DNA of 64,000 nt from Octopus vulgaris. Its lineage: Eukaryota. Below are positions 43,289 through 55,821 of the stretch, one piece after another. Made by a program: the position numbers and the translations under genes. The DNA is taken from the NCBI GenBank assembly GCA_951406725.2, contig OX597821.1, forward strand, positions 36,270,001-36,334,000, written 5' to 3'. Position 1 is the first letter of the stretch, and each line of letters opens with the position of its first letter. The notes beneath the pieces were generated by a model that was not told the origin of the DNA, did not search any database, and saw nothing but the letters and a program-made list of their open reading frames with translations.

Positions 43289-44083
43289 GTGTCAGAACAA
43301 AATACCAGGAACTTTAGACTGCAAGAACTCAAAAACACCCTAATTGACAGACATTACCCAGCTCAACTCATAGAGGATGGGATCAGACGTGCAACAGAAA
43401 TCAACATAGAAACTTTAAGAAAAGTTCAACACAACAACACACCTTCCCCGAAAATACTACCTTACATATCTACATACAACCCCAGAAACAAAGAAGCCTT
43501 CACCATCATCACCCAGAATTTACCAATACTTCATAAAAACCCAAAATTAAAGGAAATTCTAAACATACACCAAATCATTAAAAGCTACAAACAGCCTAAA
43601 TCACTTAAAAAGATTCTCACAAAGGCAAAATTGTCTTCTAAAATTACGGATGCAAAAGTAAAAAAATGTGGTAGATCGAACTGTGCAACATGTCCTAACC
43701 TATTGGAAGGATCAGAATTCTTCTTTAAAGAGGGACAGAAATTTAAGATCAAATCTAACTTTACTTGTGCCTCTGAAAACATAATTTATGTTATTAAATG
43801 CTCGGGCTGCCACCAAGACTACGTGGGTTCCACGGGACTATCACTCAGGCGCAGATGCACACTGCATCGACAACAGATTGCATTCCCAGAATATAGAATG
43901 ATACCTTTTAGTGAGCACATTGAGAAATGCGCAAAGCAACTACTGCCACAATTTTTAATCTTCCCATTTTACCAATGTGCTTTCGGATCATCAACACAAA
44001 TGAGACTGAACAAGGAAACATTCTTCATTGAAAAGTACAAACCCAGACTCAACCATCCGAACATACTGACACAGAGAAATTAA
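43289..44083 (+). pseudogene. PLE ORF segment (RT thumb plus GIY-YIG endonuclease), 264 aa
   Basis: Open ORF with GIY-YIG motifs and a conserved E...I..Y.P.LN C-terminus. Confidence 0.85.
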
Positions 44084-44219
44084 CAAGGAAAAGGGAAAAA
44101 AAATTTTTAAGCGATTATCTCCCCTACACCGGAAAAAATCACTCACTACCTCCCCTTATTTAGAAATCTCCTGGAAATAAAAACAACGATAATTCCATGC
44201 AATATAAACATAACGTCAC

Positions 44220-44259
44220 AAGAAATTTGAAAAGCTACACGCGAAACCGGTAATTTCTT
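44220..44259 (+). ncRNA. Ultra-minimal hammerhead, U3-A8 compensatory core, in PLE 3' UTR
   Basis: AAGAAAT TTGAAAA GC-tacac-GC GAAA CCGG TA| ATTTCTT. 7-bp stem I, about 137 nt after the GIY-YIG stop. Confidence 0.75.
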
Positions 44260-44393
44260 TAAAAATTTTAAAATTATGTCATTTTAAGGAAAGGGAAAAA
44301 AATTTTTCCAATATTCTCCAGACATTTTGACACAAATATATATATTTTTTAACATTTAAGCCTTCTGTCGTTTTTCACACTTTACTATTTTCT

Positions 44394-44464
<71 letters not shown>

Positions 44465-44487
44465 ATGTATGTATTTGTATGTATATC

Positions 44488-45155
44488 TGTGGTTGCCCGC
44501 AGATGCACACACACCACCATCGCTTGAAAACCGATACTGATGTGTTTATGTCCCTGTAACTTAGCGGTTCGGCAAAAGAAACCGATAGAATAAGTACAGG
44601 GCTTGCAAAGAATACGTCCAGGGTTCGATTTCTTTAAAACCCTTTAAGGCAGTACTCCAGCATGGTCGCAGTCAAATGACTGAAACAAGTAAAAGAATAA
44701 AAGAATGAAGAATAGGATTACATTTTTCGAAGTTGTTATTTTTTTACTCTCTCTTTTACTCTTTTACTTGTTTCAGTCATTTGACTGCGGCCATGCTGGA
44801 GCACCGCCTTTAATCGAGCAACTCGACCCCGGGACTTATTCTTTTGTAAGCCCTGTACTTATTCTATCGGTCTCTTTTGCCGAACCGCTAAGTAACGGAG
44901 ACATAAACAAACCAGCATCGGTTGTCAAGCAATGCTAGGGGGACAAACACAGATACACTAACACACACACGCACATATACATATACACATATATACGACG
45001 GGCTTCTTTCAGTTTCCGTCTACCAAATCCACTCACAAGGCTTTGGTCGGCCCGAGGCTATAGTAGAAGACACTTGCCCAAGGTGCCACGCAGTGGGACT
45101 GAACCCGGAACCATGTGGTTGGTAAACAAACTACTTACCACACAGCCACACCTGC
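44488..45155. mobile_element. Two SINE family B copies tail-to-tail (44488-44706 on +; 44745-45155 on -)
   Basis: Both match 35530-36024. Confidence 0.85.
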
Positions 45156-45712
45156 TGTTGTTATTTCTTTCTTTATCTTTTACTTTTTTTTCTTTTTTTT
45201 TCAGTTGCTTCTTAAATGATGGAAATAAGGTATTTCTTACTGATATTCTTAACAGGTCGAGCGACCGTGTATAGGTTTCCTTCATTGTCTCCTTGTTCTT
45301 TTGTTCTATATCATTATGCCAACTTGAAACCACTATTGATTAATCTTGTAAATATCGTTATTACAAATATTTGGCATTTAAAAAACAATCAAATGAACAA
45401 AATTTTCCAATATCATTTTTTTTTATATAAATTTCCTGATTCTTTTTAACGTTTCTTGCTTTCTTTCTTTTCTTTTCTTTTTTTTTTTGTCAACCTATCC
45501 TTTTGTTTCGCTTTCAGTTAAAGAGAAAGAAAACAGAATATTTTTAAAAGCAGACATTAATAAGGTATTTGTTTTAGCGATGTTTGCGGTATTTGCGGTG
45601 ATAGCAGTTTTGTGTTTTTTTTTAACGTTTTGTTCATGGTGATTGTTGGGTTTGCTATATTTTTATTGATTTGTCTTTTATTTACTTTTTGTTGATGTAT
45701 GTACATGTGTGT

Positions 45713-45751
<39 letters not shown>

Positions 45752-45959
45752 TGCGCGCGCACGCACGTTTTGTTCCTTACATTTATACGCCTGTTGCCTT
45801 CGGTGCAAAAACAATGTGTTGCTCTCGTTGTGGTCTTTACAAATCTTGTCGGTTCTTTATATTCTCATAATTTAATGAAAATGTTGGAGAAATCCTGTAA
45901 ATTCAAAATGCTCTTGGGTGTTAAACAACAACAACAACAACAACAATAACAATAACAAT

Positions 45960-45993
<34 letters not shown>

Positions 45994-46190
45994 TCTAAGA
46001 TTTTTTTTTAAAAATTGAAATCTGAATGAATGTTTGTTTCTTCATTTAAACCTTTATGTGAGTCTTTATTCGTGATCGGGGATTGCAAAGAAACTTATTT
46101 CCAAAAGTAAAGTTTTTAGGTTTCCTGAAAGAAGTAAAATTTACAATTTGTATTCACAAGCAAAATGGACGAAGTTTGTCTTTCCCACTT

Positions 46191-46277
<87 letters not shown>

Positions 46278-46413
46278 CATACCCTTCTGTCTGTCTCCCC
46301 CTCTCTCCGGGCCTCTCTTTTAATTCATGATATGAAATTTAAAAACGAAAAAAATAATAAAGATACATACACAATAATAACGATTATATATACATACATA
46401 CATACATACCTAC

Positions 46414-46481
<68 letters not shown>

Positions 46482-46944
46482 TTATATGTAAAATCAAATG
46501 TAAAATTAGTAAAATTATAAATAACGTTTTTTGCTTCCCCAAACGAAATGAAACACTATTGTGAGGTATATCTTTCATTGGACTAAGACAATAAGATAAC
46601 CCTAAGCTATCATGTAACTTCTGTTTCTTCTTTATAGCATAATGTTCTTTGTAATTTTTTGTTTCAACCCTTATGTTTAGTTTAAAGTATTTATTCATAC
46701 TTATTTTTTTAAATATTTTCTTCTTTTTTCTTTTATATTTTGCCAACTTATTTTCATGAACAAACAGAAACAAATCAATTTTTTCATCCGACTCACTTCT
46801 ATTGACCCACCACAGACATTCCTACACCTCCAACTCTCTTACCAATGATGCCACTAATAAACTCAACTATTTCAGACCACTGCTATCCAACCCTAAACCC
46901 TACGTCATCACTGCCACAACAGAACACATCAATACCAATAGTAA

Positions 46945-47595
46945 TATTGGTTTCAAATTTTGGCACAAGGCCAGAAAGTTTGGGGAAGGGTTAAGCCGAT
47001 TACATCGACCCCCAGTGTTTGCCAAGTACTTATTTTATTGACCCTGGAAAGGAGGAAAAGTGAATTCGACCTCGGGGGAATTTGAGCTCAGAACTGAAAA
47101 GATGGACGAAATACCTATTTCTTTACTACCCACAGGGGGCTAAACACAGAGAGGACAAACAAGGACAGACAAAGGGATTAAGTCGATTACATCGACCCCA
47201 GTGCGTAACTGGTACTTATTTAATCGACCCCGAAAGGATGAAAGGCAAAGTCGACCTCGGCGGAATTTGAACTCAGAACGTAACGGCAGACGAAATACCG
47301 CTAAGCATTTTATCCGGCGTGCTAACGTTTCTGCCAGCTCGCTGCCTTAACAGCAATAGTTCCATTAAATTGGTTTAAATGGCGAACTGGCATAATTATT
47401 AAGTACGGCGGGAAAAATGCTTAGCGGCATTTCACCCGTTTTCACGGTCTATGTTCAAATCACACCGAGGTCGACTTTGTCTTTCATCTCTTCCGGAGTC
47501 GATAAAATAAGTACCAGTTAAGCGCTGGAGTCGATTCAATCGATTCACCCCTCCTACAAAATTGCCGGCCTTGTGCCGAAATTTGAAACCAATAT
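46945..47595. mobile_element. Cluster of SINE family A copies (tandem on - at 46945-47348; + at 47380-47595)
   Basis: Family core motifs repeated three times. Confidence 0.85.
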
Positions 47596-47904
47596 TAAGG
47601 TACTTTATGCATAAGACCTACGTATGTACAAATTCAACCACTTAATACAAATCTATTGATAATTACACCCACACTTTGCTATAACCTGAACTAAAATATT
47701 AAAACGACACTTCAACTATAACTTCATTAACAATGTCAATAATAAGAGATAACTGAAACCCGCGCTTCTTCTATAAACACTATAATAATATAAAGCCTAC
47801 TTAACGTGGCTTAGTGGTTAGGGCATTCGGCTCACGATTGTAAGGTCGTTAACTCAATTCCCGGCGACGCGTTGTGTCCTTTATTTCACGTTGGCAAGTG
47901 TCAT

Positions 47905-49730
47905 TAAATTGTCATTAAAATGTCATTGCACGCCTAGTTGCAATTTTTTCTGGATGTTTCTTTCGAGTAAAGTCTGAAAGTCACTCCCAACATTTCCTTT
48001 ATCCTTCTCCTCCGCGTCTCCTATTTTCTGCAAAATCTCCGTGTACTGCTGCGTCGGTAGCTTCTTTAGCTCTTCCGCAGTCAGTTCCTTGGAGTGCTCC
48101 TCGATGAGCTCATTGATGCCACTTTCCTCCACATCTAGGCCCATGGACTTGCCGAGGGATACAATCTCCTCCACCACAGCCGCTTCGGGTTCGAGTATTT
48201 TGAAGTCCGTTACAGACACAACCTCAGGCCATAGCTTCTTCCACACAGAAGTCAAGGAGCTCTTTGTCACGCCCTGCCAGTCCATATCGATTATTATGAA
48301 GCATTTCACGATGTTATTGTGGTCCTTCCAGAACTCTCGAAGAGTGAGGTTTGTGCTCTCCGTCACCTCAAAGCAGCGGCGGAACAGGTGCTTGGTGAAG
48401 AGCTTCTTAGAATTAGAAATCTCTTTCCGGTCTATGGGCTGCAGGATAGGGGTGGTGTTGGGTGGAAGATAGAGAATCTTTATAAACTTGAACCTTTCGA
48501 CGATGTCATCTTCGAGGTTCGGTGTGTGAGCAGGTGCTTTGTCCAGGGCGAGAAGGGTTTGCAGGGGCGGGTTATTTTCCTGGAGATATTTCTTAACGTC
48601 AGGACCAAAGACCAAATTCACCCACTCCGCAAAAAAATGCCTGGTGATCTACGCCCTTGGATTTGCCCTCAATATAGCCTGCAGTTTTTCCTTCAAAATC
48701 TTATGTGACTCTGGGGTTTTCCGAATGATAACGAACAGTGGCTTAATCTTGCAATCACCGCTCGCATTGGCGCTCAGTGCAAGAGTTATCCTTTCATGGG
48801 TTTGTGGCCTGGCAGCCGCTTCTCCTCTGCCGTTATAAAAGTCCATTTTGTCATCTTCTTCCACTAAAGTCTTGTCTCGTCACAATCGAAGGATTGCTGG
48901 TGGAGGTATCCTTCGGCTGCTATAACTGACAAGGGGCTGAACGCCGGTCCACTTTTTAAAATTCTCGAACCAGCCCCGATCAACTTTAAACGGTTCGCCT
49001 GATACCTCCTCCGTACAACTGCATGGGGTCTGCTGCAGCAAAGCAACGTAAATCGCTCGTGCCTTTTCGCAGATTATAGCCTCCGTCACGGGATCTCTTG
49101 CGTGCTGCTTCTCCGTCAATCATACCGTCAGCAACTTCTCCATATTTTCATGGATAGATGTCTGCTGTTTAGAAATTATTTTAATGGCTGGCGTCATAGC
49201 CTTTATCGACTCCTTCTGCTTCAGTATGGTGCAGATCGTAGACATGCTACGCTCATACTGCTTCGCCATGTCACTACACGCACACCTTGATCATGTTTTT
49301 TGATAATTTCTTTCTTTAATTCAATGCACATCACCCGCTTCTTCTCCCCACTGTCCTTCGCACTCACTTTCTTCGGACCCATGTTTGAAAAAAACGAAGT
49401 TTTGAAAAATAACTGCAAGCACAACACTGATGCTTCTATAGCCTACAATGATTAAATAAGCATTTTACCACCCGTCTAGCTAACAATCCACTAACGATCT
49501 TCGCACTTTCTAACGTGCATATCTGTCTAGCTATCGAGTGAGACACGAGATGCTGGGCGGATGTTATGGCGTTCACTGTAGCGTTCGCTACGCCAACTAG
49601 CAGCAGGGTATCTGAAGCTGGCTCGTAACTCGAATGTTAGCTCACAAGTCAAAGCAAAAGATCGGCCGAGAGACATCTTGTATTTCGAACAACTCGTTAG
49701 TTGGGACACACGTACGCCAATGAACCACTG
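47905..49730 (-). mobile_element. pogo/Tigger DNA transposon remnant (CENP-B HTH plus DDE_1)
   Basis: MGPKKVS...ELKKEII, EAIICEKA, GWFENFKK, FDCDET, RITL...NASGD.KIKPL, LLALDKAPAH, LPPNTTPILQP. TA|CAGT terminus at 49730. Frameshifted. Confidence 0.9.
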
Positions 49731-49924
49731 TAGAAAGCCGAATGTAGGTGCCACAACAGGGACTGCAAAAGATTCGTGAGAAATATGCTTGTCGTAGGTT
49801 GAGAGTTCTCATCGCTATATGTTTGTGTTACTTTCTAAATATTCATTTCTCTCCTCTCCCTCTCTCCCCCCCTCTCTCTCTCGATATATATATATCTGTG
49901 CCTATGCATGTAGGCATTGTTGTG

Positions 49925-50560
49925 TTCCGTCCAATTCAGGAGGAGTTGAAGTTCCCCAGCACGTTAATCATATCCTTGACTCATACACATCTCAAGGTGG
50001 AGTGGAAGTCGGCAGAGAGCTGTACAATTGTTTCATCAGTACTAGTTTTTCTGAAATAATATGATCTGTTTATCATTGTATATTGGTTCTAGTTAAGGTG
50101 TAGACATAATTTCCTTCATAACTCGCTTTCATCGATTGAGAAAGTGGAAACTAATTTATTAAGCTGCTTCTTATTGTAAAGCCTACTCCTAAGTCCAGCC
50201 CTTGGTTTTTAGGTTCTCTTACCAGACGTAATAGCTTCTAGGTAATTCTGAGAGAGATCCCTTATTCACAAACTTAGTTTTATCCAGGGCTGCAGTGATC
50301 TTCTAATTTTTTTATAGCGTTTATGCTTTTTGCCTATGTGGGTTCTTTTCTTTTTGGGTTTCGTTCATTTGTCCTTGTCCATTAAGTTTGGGAATTCCAT
50401 GCTTTTAAAAGGATTTACTTTGTTCCCTTTTTGTATTTCCACCTCGTGGGTGAGTAATCTACTAGCTGTGTCAAGCTGGACAGTTAAAGTAGGTTCGTCC
50501 CTGATTACAGAACAAATGTGGCTATCCTACAACAGCAATGTCTATCGCCCTGAATAATTT
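49925..50560 (-). mobile_element. Degenerate LINE AP-endonuclease fragment (RTE-like)
   Basis: Minus translation fragments GVGFTI and DMINVLGNFNS (compare GDFNA). Confidence 0.45.
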
Positions 50561-50856
50561 AGAGAAGACTGTAACCGAGACTCAGGGGATCCCTCTAAAT
50601 GTTAGCCGACTTATTGTTCATTACGTCAATGAACTTTGCGAGGAAGAGAAAAATGATCTTCAACACAAGAACTGCGTGTGAATATATTACGGTGGGAAGG
50701 TCTTAGTACAAGGACAGACCGATCCACTCGGCCTGGGAGGTTGCAAGAGTCACTGGATAGTAGATTAACGAAGTACTCGCCATCGACCACTTTAGGAATT
50801 AAGTGATTAAGCAATTTGCTTATGTGAATTTAGTGATGATTTATATATATATATAT

Positions 50857-51237
<381 letters not shown>

Positions 51238-51238
51238 A

Positions 51239-51286
<48 letters not shown>

Positions 51287-51376
51287 GAAGGGTGAAATTA
51301 ATTAATTTGGAATAATTATCAATTACACCAAGTAGTCTTCGGCATGTAAAAGCCTCATTCGAGGAAAATTTAAGTA

Positions 51377-51616
51377 ATACTAAGCAATAAAGGGTTTAGC
51401 AACGAATTGCCTTACCACATACCGAATTTAGAAATAGCAGTCAAAGAGTTATAGCTATTTCTTCTACTAAAAAGGGAGATCTCAGTAAAAAATTCCAATT
51501 GCTGTGTTTTTTACTGAGATCTCCCTTTTAGTAGAAGAAATAGCTATAACTCTTTGACTGCTATTTCTAAATTCGGTATGTGGTAAGGCAATTCGTTGCT
51601 AAACCCTTTATTGCTA

Positions 51617-51620
<4 letters not shown>
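51377..51620. repeat. Long inverted repeat (~115-bp arms, 14-nt spacer) in a PLE-type end
   Basis: 51377-51492 vs 51507-51620 are near-perfect complements. The element start at 51283 resembles 9011. Confidence 0.95.
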
Positions 51621-51686
<66 letters not shown>

Positions 51687-51792
51687 TGATATATATATAT
51701 ATATATATAAAGATAAAATAAATAAAATGAAAAATCTCAGAAAGATATATTACTGAAATAAAGCATCTTCAACGTTGCTATTAAAATAATAT

Positions 51793-51947
51793 CTGTGGGT
51801 GTGTGGTAAGCAGCTTTCTTACCAACCACATGGTTCTGGGTTCAATCCCACCGCGTGGCACCTTGGGCAAGTGTCTTCTACTGTAGCCTCGGGCCGACCA
51901 AAGCCTTGTAAGGGGATTTGGTAGATGAAATCTGAAAGAAGCCCGCC

Positions 51948-52024
<77 letters not shown>

Positions 52025-52199
52025 TTGCGCTGTTGGTGCATTATATCCCCGTAACTTAGTGGTTCAGCAAAAGAGTTCTATAGAATAAGTACTAGGCTTA
52101 CAAAGAATAATTCCTGGGATCGATTTGTTCTTCTAAAAGGTGGCGCTCCAGCACGGCCGCAGTCAAATGACTGAAACAAATAAGAGAATAAAAGAAAAA

Positions 52200-52200
<1 letters not shown>
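51793..52200 (+). mobile_element. SINE family B
   Basis: Paralog of 35530, with internal (TA)n(TG)n. Confidence 0.85.
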
Positions 52201-52234
<34 letters not shown>

Positions 52235-52250
<16 letters not shown>

Positions 52251-52571
52251 TAGAAAAACCCCACCTTTTATCAATTCAAAATGAACAATTAAATTGCACC
52301 ATCTAGAAAATTACATGTAATAGAAATATTAACATTAAAATAACAATAAAATGTCAAAGATTAAGTAAATTGCAAAAATATAATAATAATAACGTATATA
52401 CAATTTATATACGTTATTATTATTATATTTTTGCAATTTACTTAATCTTTGACATTTTATTGTTATTTTAATGTTAATATTTCTATTACATGTAATTTTC
52501 TAGATGGTGCAATTTAATTGTTTATTTTGAATTGATAAAAGGTGAGTTTTTTTCTAATTTTTTATATATAT
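52235..52571. repeat. ~335-bp AT-rich palindrome (5-nt loop at 52401-52405)
   Basis: Arms of about 165 bp with few mismatches. The element continues to about 52665. Confidence 0.95.
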
Positions 52572-52658
52572 ATTATATTGTGTGAAATTTGATTTAGTAT
52601 TTCTAAATTGAATTTCTTTTTCCTTGTAAGTATTGGATTTTATTCCCTCAAATATTAA

Positions 52659-52718
<60 letters not shown>

Positions 52719-52793
52719 CCACGTCCTGCGTCGCTGTGTTTTTTTCCCTTTTTTCTCTTTTTTTCTCTTTTTTTCTGTGTTTTCTTGTTTGGA

Positions 52794-52847
<54 letters not shown>

Positions 52848-54079
52848 TAAAATTATGGGATATTTTAAATGTTACAATTATTTTCAACTTATTGAATGTG
52901 TTTGAGTAACTATTTTCAAACAAATTTTGATATCTGTAGCCAACACGCACACAAACAACCAAATGGACATACACCTACATACACGTACACAGACACAACG
53001 GGACATACATACATAAACAGGCATACGCATGCAGGCACGTGCACACATATCTAATACAATTCCTGGATGTTGGTCTAGATGAATGCAACATACAAACGCA
53101 CGCATACAGAAGAACACGCACACATACACGCGCACACATTCTCGGATCAGAGATGAATAATTGACAAAAAGCAGCATATAACGGCGGTGCCCCAGCATGG
53201 CCACAGCTCGTGAGCTGAAACTAGATAAAATGATAAAATGATAAAATGATAGCCTCCTTCCTTTCTTCTTCTTCCTCCTTATGATGATCATCATTATCGT
53301 TATCATCATTGTTGTCGCCATCGTCATCATCAACATCATCACCACTACCTTCTTCCCCATCATCATCCCTAATATCATTGTCAGCATCACTATTCTGTTC
53401 CTCCTCCCACTTCACTTCATAAGAATTACCTTCGGTCTCCACATCGTCGCCTTTGCTCTCTGCAGTTCCTCGTCCTAACACTTTCCTATTTCTCCATCCT
53501 CATCAATACCATCACCAGCAGCTGCAGCAGCAGCACAGCCACAATAATTACAACAACAAAATGAATTAGAGTTACTAATTAACGGTTCATTAGTTCCAGT
53601 GAAGTTGATTAGTCACGCTAGGCTGCAGCAGAATGAACATGTCAGTTCCCTTCACAGCTTCACCAAAAACACTTCTGTGTCGACAGACACCCAAGGTGAC
53701 GAATTTGACAAGAAAGGAATACAACTACAACATCTACAACAAAACAACAACTGCTTTTACATCATCATCATCTTCATCAAGAAGAACGATAATGATAAAG
53801 ATGAGGAAGTGGTGGATACAGAGCAACTATGTGAACTACGCGAACATGAATAACAAACAATAATAATCACACAAACGGCAGTAAAAGAAAAGATATCTCC
53901 AACGGACATTTGAAACTTTGAAAGCGTTGAAAGAACCCAAGGCGAAATTATTTAATTTTGTAGGAGAGGAAAATGAAATATAAATTTATATTACAAAGGT
54001 ACATACGCGCACGCATACACACACATGTAGGTGAATTCACACACATTGCGCGTACATGTGTAGAAATATATATCACTCG

Positions 54080-54122
<43 letters not shown>

Positions 54123-54671
54123 TATATATATAATCAAAATAAGCAACAAGAATGACTCCGGTAATATATATATATATATATATTATATTAATTAATTATA
54201 TATATATATAATGTATGTGTGTGTCTATGCATACATGTAATAAAGTATAATTATACACACACACACAAACACACACGCACACACACACACCACACAAACA
54301 CATATCCATGAAGATACACAAACAAACCAATATTTCACTCGTTCATTTTGTAATTTTACCAGTTTGAAGAATGAATACAATTTTTTTTGCAAATTTGCTT
54401 CCAATTTTTTTTTTTTTTATTCGTTCCATTCTTTACTCAGTTCATTTACGGATACAAAACACCATATATGGGCAGAGGGTAGAACTTCTCATCTCTCTCA
54501 CTCTCCTCTGCCCCAGTATTGACAAAACATTATTAATACGCTTCTTTACGTTTGTATGCATGTATCTATGCGTACATATACGTATATGAATATATCATGT
54601 ATTTCTCGATTTCTTCCTCTTTCCCTTTCCATATCTCTCTCCCCATATAGAAATGTGTGTGTTTGTGTGTA

Positions 54672-54722
<51 letters not shown>

Positions 54723-54742
54723 ATATAGGTGAGAAAGTTGGT

Positions 54743-54779
<37 letters not shown>

Positions 54780-54924
54780 CATATATGCATATATACATAT
54801 ATACATACATACATGTGTGCATACATACATGCGTGCATACATACGTACATACATAAATATGTACATACATGCATACATACATACGTAAATATGTGTGTTT
54901 GTATATGTGCACTTGCACGTGTAC

Positions 54925-54962
<38 letters not shown>

Positions 54963-54975
54963 TCATATATATCAA

Positions 54976-55780
54976 TCTATAATACATTAAAAATGAACTT
55001 CAATCTTGCTTGCTTGCTTGCAATATTACACAGTCAAACTGGCGCATAATAGGAAAATACTTTGAAAGTAAAGTGTCCTGAAATGTGAATACAAACGGAA
55101 TAAAACAAATTTCGTGTAAATCGGACCAGTGGTCATTGAGATATTCGTGGTTTTGTGGGGTATAAATACCCCAAACGGTGCATAATGGGAAAATACTCCG
55201 AAAATAACTTAACCCTGAAAAGGAAGAAACTCTAACCTTTCCATTAGAAACATTATGAAGGGCAAAATATTCTTAAGCGAAAATGGCTTTAAAAATACGG
55301 TAAATATTTCGTAAAAGACCTGTTCGTATCTTCGGTTTTTGTTTCCGTGGGATTCTTTCGAGTGTATTCAACGTATCTCACCTCCAAAGATTTGGCTGCT
55401 ATTTCTAGCATACCCCTCTATCACGTAGCAGCTGTTAGCGATAAAGGACCCGAAATAACTGTTACGTGGTAGCAGGGTGTGCAAGAAGTAGCAGCCAAAT
55501 CTTTCCTTTTCTGGGGAAAGGAGCCGTTCACGCGTAATTTCGACGTCACATTCGTTGAAAGCATGCAAAACAACCTGGAGAAAAAAAAAACTACAAAATA
55601 AAACTAAGTTGCTGGGAAACTCAAACTTCCCCTGTGATCCAACGGGTCACGGATAGTCTAGTATTACATTAAAAATTAACTTCAGTCTTGCATGTTTGCT
55701 TGCTTGCAATGTTACATAGCCAAACTGTCGCATAATGGGAAAATACTTTGAAAGTAAAGTGCCCTTGAAATGTGAATACA
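54976..55780 (+). mobile_element. Non-autonomous Helitron (54976-55661) plus head-to-tail partial second unit
   Basis: 5' A|TC, 3' hairpin at 55631-55652 then CTAG|T. The first ~115 bp are repeated at 55662-55780. Confidence 0.75.
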
Positions 55781-55821
55781 CGTGTTCGCGCACGCAATTC
55801 TTTATTGGAAACCTGATGGTA

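Larger units (their letters stand above)
43037..44395 (+). mobile_element. Penelope-like element (Neptune-type), 5'-truncated: RT C-terminus, Cys linker, GIY-YIG, 3' HHR
   Basis: NIQFTME...LPFLD, YKAT...YL, CGRSNCATC linker, IIYVIKC..C...YVGSTG...RCTLH. One frameshift near 43220. Inserted in (TA)n. Confidence 0.9.

Noticed and set aside
50590-50760. HDV-like ribozyme upstream of the RTE-like fragment
   Set aside because: P1 is only partial and no P2 pairing could be found.
51330-51365. GGC/GCC stem flanked by ATGA and GAAG (minus strand)
   Set aside because: Lacks a valid CUGANGA/GAAA core and cleavage triplet.
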